A stretch of 64,000 nucleotides of DNA from Nanobdellota archaeon (GTDB taxonomy: Archaea; Nanobdellota; Nanobdellia; Pacearchaeales; GW2011-AR1). The stretch is from assembly GCA_013329055.1 (NCBI GenBank), contig DUKY01000007.1, positions 51,146 to 115,145 on the forward strand, read 5' to 3'. The translations under genes were made by a program, and so were the position numbers. Of this stretch, positions 59,034 to 64,000 are shown one piece after another (the stretch's first letter is position 1; every line of letters starts with the position of its first letter). The notes under the pieces are model-generated. The model saw only the letters and a list, made by a program, of their open reading frames with translations. It had not been told where the DNA came from and made no database searches.

Positions 59034-59067
59034 TTTAATTTAAAGATTAATTAGTTGTTAATAAATG

Positions 59068-60213
59068 TTATTTAATTTTTTCTTTTGTGAAGATTAAAAA
59101 AATAATTGCGGATACTGACATAAATCCAAGGTAAATGAACATAGCATGGACAGATATATTCCAGAAAAATCCTGCGATGATTCCTGCAGGGATACTGACT
59201 AAACCATTAACCATATAATAAATGCCTAATGAAGTTCCTTTGCATCCCTTAGAAAGATCTAAAATATATGCTCTTTGATTTGATTGTGTGCAGGCATAAA
59301 CAAGACCGTAAAGAATGAATGTAATTACGAGCATGATGAAATTTTGATACAATGCCATAAAGACATTTATTATCAAAAATAAACAATAACCGAGCATTAA
59401 AACAGTTTTTCTTCCAATTTTATCTGAAAGGTCTCCAAATGGAATTGCAAAGATTGCCCAAACAATATTGAATAAAACATACAACAAAAGACCAATACTT
59501 ACACTTCCGGTCATTTGTTTTGCCATTAGAACCAAGAACATATAAAGACCAAAATTTGCAAGCGTAAAGATAGAGGTTACTAAAATTAAATATTTTAAAT
59601 TATGATTTAAGCATTTAATATCCTTGAAAAAATTACCGCTCATTTTTTTTGACTTTGACTTAGATTCTTTTACAAAAAATAAAGGCAAGATAGAAAATGC
59701 TGAAAGAAATCCGGCAATTATAATGATTGTCGTAAAACTTAATTGAAGTTTCCAGAATAAAATTAAAACAAGTATTGAACCTATTACTGAACCGGTTGTA
59801 TCCATCATTTGATGAATCCCAAAACCTTCTCCACGCCTTTTTGTTAAATCAGAAATCATAACATCTCTTGGAGCATCTCTAATTTTTCCGAATCTTTCAA
59901 ACGAAACAAGAGCAATAATATATTGCCAACTAGTGGCTAGGGAGAGCAATAATCTTGCAAGAACAGAGAAAAAATATCCAAAAAATACAAACGGCATTTT
60001 TTTACCTGTTTTATCAGATATCCAACCTCCAAAAAGCCTAAATAAACTTGCTAAGCCTTCTCTTAATCCGCTTAATGCTCCGACAGCAACGCCACCTCCG
60101 CCTAAAGAGTTAATTAATAAAGGTAATAATGGAGTAATCATTTCACTACCCACATCATTAAACATACTTGCTGTGCCTAATTTTATAATATCTTTTTTTG
60201 ATTTTTTTATCAT
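59068..60213 (-). CDS. MFS transporter
   Basis: 12 predicted TM segments and MFS loop motifs. Confidence 0.75.
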   Translation of the reverse strand: MIKKSKKDIIKLGTASMFNDVGSEMITPLLPLLINSLGGGGVAVGALSGLREGLASLFRLFGGWISDKTGKKMPFVFFGYFFSVLARLLLSLATSWQYIIALVSFERFGKIRDAPRDVMISDLTKRRGEGFGIHQMMDTTGSVIGSILVLILFWKLQLSFTTIIIIAGFLSAFSILPLFFVKESKSKSKKMSGNFFKDIKCLNHNLKYLILVTSIFTLANFGLYMFLVLMAKQMTGSVSIGLLLYVLFNIVWAIFAIPFGDLSDKIGRKTVLMLGYCLFLIINVFMALYQNFIMLVITFILYGLVYACTQSNQRAYILDLSKGCKGTSLGIYYMVNGLVSIPAGIIAGFFWNISVHAMFIYLGFMSVSAIIFLIFTKEKIK

Positions 60214-60896
60214 TTTAATTTAGATAAATTTTTTTCAGTTTCAAGAATAATTTTTTTCAGATTTTTTATAACCAGAACAGGATGCTTTCCAATAGCAGTT
60301 TCCTCCGAGAGCATTAAACTTTCAGTACCTTCAATAATTGCATTTGCAATATCGCTTACTTCGGCTCTTGAAGGACGGATATAATTTATCATTGATGGCA
60401 TAACCTCTGTGGCAGTTATAGACATAATATTTTTTTTATTGCATTTTTTTGTGATTAATTTTTGAACAAAAGGCACTTTCTCAATAGAAATATTTCTTCC
60501 TAAATCTCCTCTTGCAATCATTATTCCATCACTAACTTGCATTAGTTTATCAAGATTATCAACGCCCTTTTTTGTTTCTATTTTTGAGATAACCTTAACA
60601 TTTTTATTAAAAATGTTTTTAATTTTTTTAATTTCAATTTCTTTTTCCGCAAATGATACAGCTAAATAATCGATTTTTTTATTTTTATATTCTTCAAGAA
60701 GATTTCTATCTTTAATATCAACCATTATCTTAATTTTTTTGAAATTTTTTATTTTATTATAAAATTTATCAAATTCTTCAACAGAAACATATTTTGTATT
60801 TAATCTTAAAACATTAACTCCTTCCTGAATCATTTGTCTAAGAATGTTTAAATTTGAACTTGCTGGACCAATTGTTGCAATAATCTGAGTATTCAC
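60210..60896 (-). CDS. Mini pyruvate kinase-like protein: A (TIM-barrel) domain only, no B lid domain and no C-terminal domain
   Basis: IIATIGPAS, MIARGDLG, ATEVMPSM and SEETAIGKHP match PK A-domain motifs. Only 228 aa. Confidence 0.6.
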   Translation of the reverse strand: MNTQIIATIGPASSNLNILRQMIQEGVNVLRLNTKYVSVEEFDKFYNKIKNFKKIKIMVDIKDRNLLEEYKNKKIDYLAVSFAEKEIEIKKIKNIFNKNVKVISKIETKKGVDNLDKLMQVSDGIMIARGDLGRNISIEKVPFVQKLITKKCNKKNIMSITATEVMPSMINYIRPSRAEVSDIANAIIEGTESLMLSEETAIGKHPVLVIKNLKKIILETEKNLSKLK

Positions 60897-60958
60897 TTTT
60901 TCACCTCTATTAAAATAAAAGAAGGAACATATTTAAATTATTCTTAATTAATTATCGA

Positions 60959-61966
60959 GTGTTCAAAAAAGGGTTTGATTATGAAAAGTACATCTATGCT
61001 CAAAAAGCAGAAGTGTTCAAACGTTTAAATAGATTTGACCGACTTTATTTAGAATTTGGAGGGAAATTATATTATGATGGTCATGCTTCGAGAGTTTTAC
61101 CGGGTTATAAAAAAAATACCAAAATTAAGTTATTAAAAGAGTTGGGAGATTTTGATTTAATTTATTGCGTTAATTCTAAAGAACTTGCATATAAAAGAGT
61201 TTCAAATGATTTTAATTTAACTTATTTTAAACAGACGATTAAAGATATTAAGGAGATTGAAAAAGCAGGATTTAAGGTAAGTTATGTTATTATTACTAGA
61301 TATGAAGGGGAGCAAGAAGCCAGAGATTTAAAACGAAAGCTTGAAAAAAAAGGCAGAAGAGTTTTATTTCATTTTGAGATAAAGGATTACCCTTCGGATT
61401 TAGAAAAAGTTTTGAAAGGTTATAGTGAGCAACCATTTGTTCATTTAAAACATAAATTAGTTATTGTTACCGGTGCTGCAGGGGGTTCAGGAAAGATGGC
61501 TGTTTGCTTAAGTCAGATTTATAATGAAAGCCGAAGCGGGATGAAAACCGGTTTTGCTAAATTTGAAACTTTCCCTATCTGGAATTTGCCATTATCTCAT
61601 CCAATTAATATTGCTTATGAAGCGGCAACAGCAGATTTGGGGGATAAAAATATGTTTGATCCTTATCATTTGAAGGCATATAAAAAAAAAGTTGTTAATT
61701 ATAACAGAGATATTGAAAATTTTGCAATATTACAAAAAATTGCTCAAAAAATTACTGATAAAAAATATCCATTTGGGTATAAATCTCCGACAGATATGGG
61801 GATTAATATGGCTTCTACAGGGATAATAAATGATGAAATTTGCAGAAAGGCAGCGATTAAAGAGATTCATAAAAGATATAAAACTTATTTAAAAGAATAT
61901 GCAAAAGGAAGAGAAAAGATAGAAACAATTGAAAGAATGAAAAAGATTTTAAAGAAAATCTCCTAA
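60959..61966 (+). CDS. Hypothetical protein, possibly UPF0371/DUF1846-like
   Basis: N-terminal GFDYEKYIYAQ…LYLEFGGKL…HASRVLPG. Family assignment is recalled, not verified. Confidence 0.4.
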   Translation: MFKKGFDYEKYIYAQKAEVFKRLNRFDRLYLEFGGKLYYDGHASRVLPGYKKNTKIKLLKELGDFDLIYCVNSKELAYKRVSNDFNLTYFKQTIKDIKEIEKAGFKVSYVIITRYEGEQEARDLKRKLEKKGRRVLFHFEIKDYPSDLEKVLKGYSEQPFVHLKHKLVIVTGAAGGSGKMAVCLSQIYNESRSGMKTGFAKFETFPIWNLPLSHPINIAYEAATADLGDKNMFDPYHLKAYKKKVVNYNRDIENFAILQKIAQKITDKKYPFGYKSPTDMGINMASTGIINDEICRKAAIKEIHKRYKTYLKEYAKGREKIETIERMKKILKKIS

Positions 61967-62053
61967 AAAAAGGGTTTTTAGATAAAATAATTCTTAACTT
62001 AAGATTCTTACTAAAACCCAAAAAAATATAAACCCTCAGTATCCTTGGAATTG

Positions 62054-64000
62054 ATGGTTAATTTAAAAAATAAGGATATTAAAGAAACTTTATTGAATTT
62101 AGGACTAGATGAAAAATCAATTACAACTTTTTGCAAATATATCAACGAAAAGGATTGGTTTGAGGCAATAAAAATTTATAAAAAGTTAGAGATTACCAGA
62201 AAAAATTTAGATTCAAAAGATAAGATATATGTTTTATTAAAAGTCGATAATAAAGGTTATGATGTTAATTTAGAAATTGATAAAGATAAACTTATTCATT
62301 TTTGCAACTGTTCACATAGAGAGGATGATAATGGATGCGAACATGCAGGGGCGGTTTTATTGTATAAAATGTTACAAAAAGAAAAAAATGATTTTAATCA
62401 TAAGATTGGCAACATTTTATTATCTAAAGAGAAAGAAAAGGATTTAGATTATTTTAAAGGATTATTTCCGAATATCCCGAATGTTGAAAAAAAGAGCATG
62501 ATTTATTTTAATTTTGAAGAATTCAATAAGGATAGACAGCTATTAAAAGTTCAAAAAGGAAATGTCAAAAAAGATAGCAACTATGGGATTCCAATAAAAT
62601 TTGTTACAAAAGATTTTGATTCACCTAAATGGCAAATCAGCAAAAATACCCGTAATGTTCTTAGGTTTATTGATGAAGGGGACAACTATGGGATTAGTTA
62701 TACAAATTTAGGTTTTATAAAAACTAAATTTAATGATGTCAGCACTGACTTGATGATGCCGATTTTAAGGAGATCATATTTTGAAGAGCAGGAAATAATT
62801 TTGGGGGCAGTTTTCTCGAATGATAAATTTAAAATTGTTTGGGAAATCGAGAAAAAAGATGATTTGCTATATACTCTTGAACCATTTTTTGTTACAAAAA
62901 AAAGAAAAAGCGGAATTTCAAAGATGAATTTAGTTGAAATGGGGATAAATAGTTTATGGGTTTTTGATTGCAACAGAAGATGCTTTTATGAATATGCCGA
63001 CGATTTAAATCTGGAAATTGTTAGAAGCATTATAAAAAATCCAAAAAAGTTAGAACTTAATGAAGAAGAATTAAAAGATTTTTTTTCAAAATATTATCAA
63101 AAGATATTAAATAATTTTGATTTTAATATTTCGGATGATTTGCAAAGAAAATCTAAATGTGTTATCCCAAAAGCTACATTATATTTAGAAAGATTAGACA
63201 ATAAAATAAAAATTAAGCTTAAATTTGATTATGCTTCCAGAGAGGTTAATTATTTTTCATCAAATAAAGAAATGATTTTAGTGGAAAAAGATATTATTTA
63301 TAATATCCCAAGAGATTTTGAACAAGAAGATGAAATTGTTGAACAGCTTAATTCCATGGGGGTTATTACGCATGATGAACTTGATTATTTTGTAATTGAC
63401 GGAGATTTAATTGATTTTGTAATGGAAAAAATCCCTCAAATCAGCCAAAAAGGAATTCAAATAATGGGAGAGGAAAAATTATTTAATTTCAAGGTTGTAA
63501 AACATAAACCAAATATGAGTTTAAATGTGACTAAAAAAATTGATTGGCTTGAAATTAAAGGAACAATTAAATTTGGACATGATTCTGTGGATATACAGGA
63601 TGTTTTGGAAACAATTTTCAAAAATAAAAGATTTATTGATTTATCTGACGGGAAAAAAGCGGTAATCCCTCAGGAATGGATTAATAGTCTTAAATGTTAT
63701 TCAGGTCTTGTTCAGCTTGAAAATTCTCAGGCTAAATTATCACAATATCATATGGCAATATTGAATAATTTAATTGAATTTTCAGCAGATGTCAGCATGG
63801 ATAATAATGTCCAAAAAATGTTAACAATCTTTAAAGAATTTGAAAAAATTAAACCTGAAAAAATTTCAAAAAATGTTAATGCAGAACTTAGACCTTATCA
63901 AAAAGCCGGATATGATTGGCTTTGTTTTTTGAATAAATCCGGATTTAACGGAATTTTAGCAGATGATATGGGTTTAGGTAAAACATTGCAAACATTAAGT
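62054..64000 (+). CDS. SNF2-family helicase with N-terminal SWIM zinc finger (3' end beyond window)
   Basis: SWIM CNCSH…CEHAG, then a helicase N-lobe ending [15 protein letters not shown] at the window edge. Confidence 0.7.
   Translation, partial: MVNLKNKDIKETLLNLGLDEKSITTFCKYINEKDWFEAIKIYKKLEITRKNLDSKDKIYVLLKVDNKGYDVNLEIDKDKLIHFCNCSHREDDNGCEHAGAVLLYKMLQKEKNDFNHKIGNILLSKEKEKDLDYFKGLFPNIPNVEKKSMIYFNFEEFNKDRQLLKVQKGNVKKDSNYGIPIKFVTKDFDSPKWQISKNTRNVLRFIDEGDNYGISYTNLGFIKTKFNDVSTDLMMPILRRSYFEEQEIILGAVFSNDKFKIVWEIEKKDDLLYTLEPFFVTKKRKSGISKMNLVEMGINSLWVFDCNRRCFYEYADDLNLEIVRSIIKNPKKLELNEEELKDFFSKYYQKILNNFDFNISDDLQRKSKCVIPKATLYLERLDNKIKIKLKFDYASREVNYFSSNKEMILVEKDIIYNIPRDFEQEDEIVEQLNSMGVITHDELDYFVIDGDLIDFVMEKIPQISQKGIQIMGEEKLFNFKVVKHKPNMSLNVTKKIDWLEIKGTIKFGHDSVDIQDVLETIFKNKRFIDLSDGKKAVIPQEWINSLKCYSGLVQLENSQAKLSQYHMAILNNLIEFSADVSMDNNVQKMLTIFKEFEKIKPEKISKNVNAELRPYQKAGYDWLCFLNKSGFNGILADDMGLGKTLQTLS

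Noticed and set aside
62698-62973. 91-aa minus-strand ORF
   Set aside because: It lies inside the SWIM-SNF2 helicase reading frame on the opposite strand.
1-64000. Diversity-generating retroelement, prophage, IS element or integron as an explanation for the repeats
   Set aside because: No reverse transcriptase, integrase, transposase, capsid/terminase or attC-like sites were recognisable among the ORFs. The mobile-like signals are non-autonomous.

Overview
This is a strongly AT-rich, gene-dense archaeal chromosome segment. Its housekeeping genes are archaeal-type: RpoE'/Spt4–S24e–S27ae cluster, TFS, class I CCA-adding enzyme, TrmB regulator, proteasome beta-like subunit and form III RuBisCO. 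The gene style is compatible with a small-genome (DPANN-like) archaeon. Recognisable genes include uvrA, uvrC and uvrB at three separate positions, two PEP synthase paralogs, a P-type ATPase, MscS, MgtE, a TatD-family hydrolase, a GatD-like asparaginase-family protein, a compact histidyl-tRNA synthetase, ScpA, and an operon of PP-loop ATPase (Dph6-like), class I GATase and radical SAM/SPASM enzyme. There is also an archaeal small GTPase module, several Cys-rich or PKD-containing surface proteins, and a RelE-like toxin/antitoxin pair next to RuBisCO. No rRNA, CRISPR array, transposase, integrase or reverse transcriptase is visible. The most unusual signal is non-coding. Each of the three tRNA genes (Lys-CUU with intron, His-GUG, Trp-CCA) sits in 0.6–1 kb of tandem, hairpin-dense modules. 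The modules are delimited by short copies of the tRNA 3' end, and at the His and Lys loci also by duplicated promoter plus 5' tRNA fragments. Some hairpin motifs are shared between loci. This looks like repeated site-specific integration of miniature, non-autonomous elements at tRNA 3' ends. A second mobile-like signal is a 1.5 kb single-gene cassette flanked by perfect 45-bp direct repeats that recreate the 3' end of uvrA.
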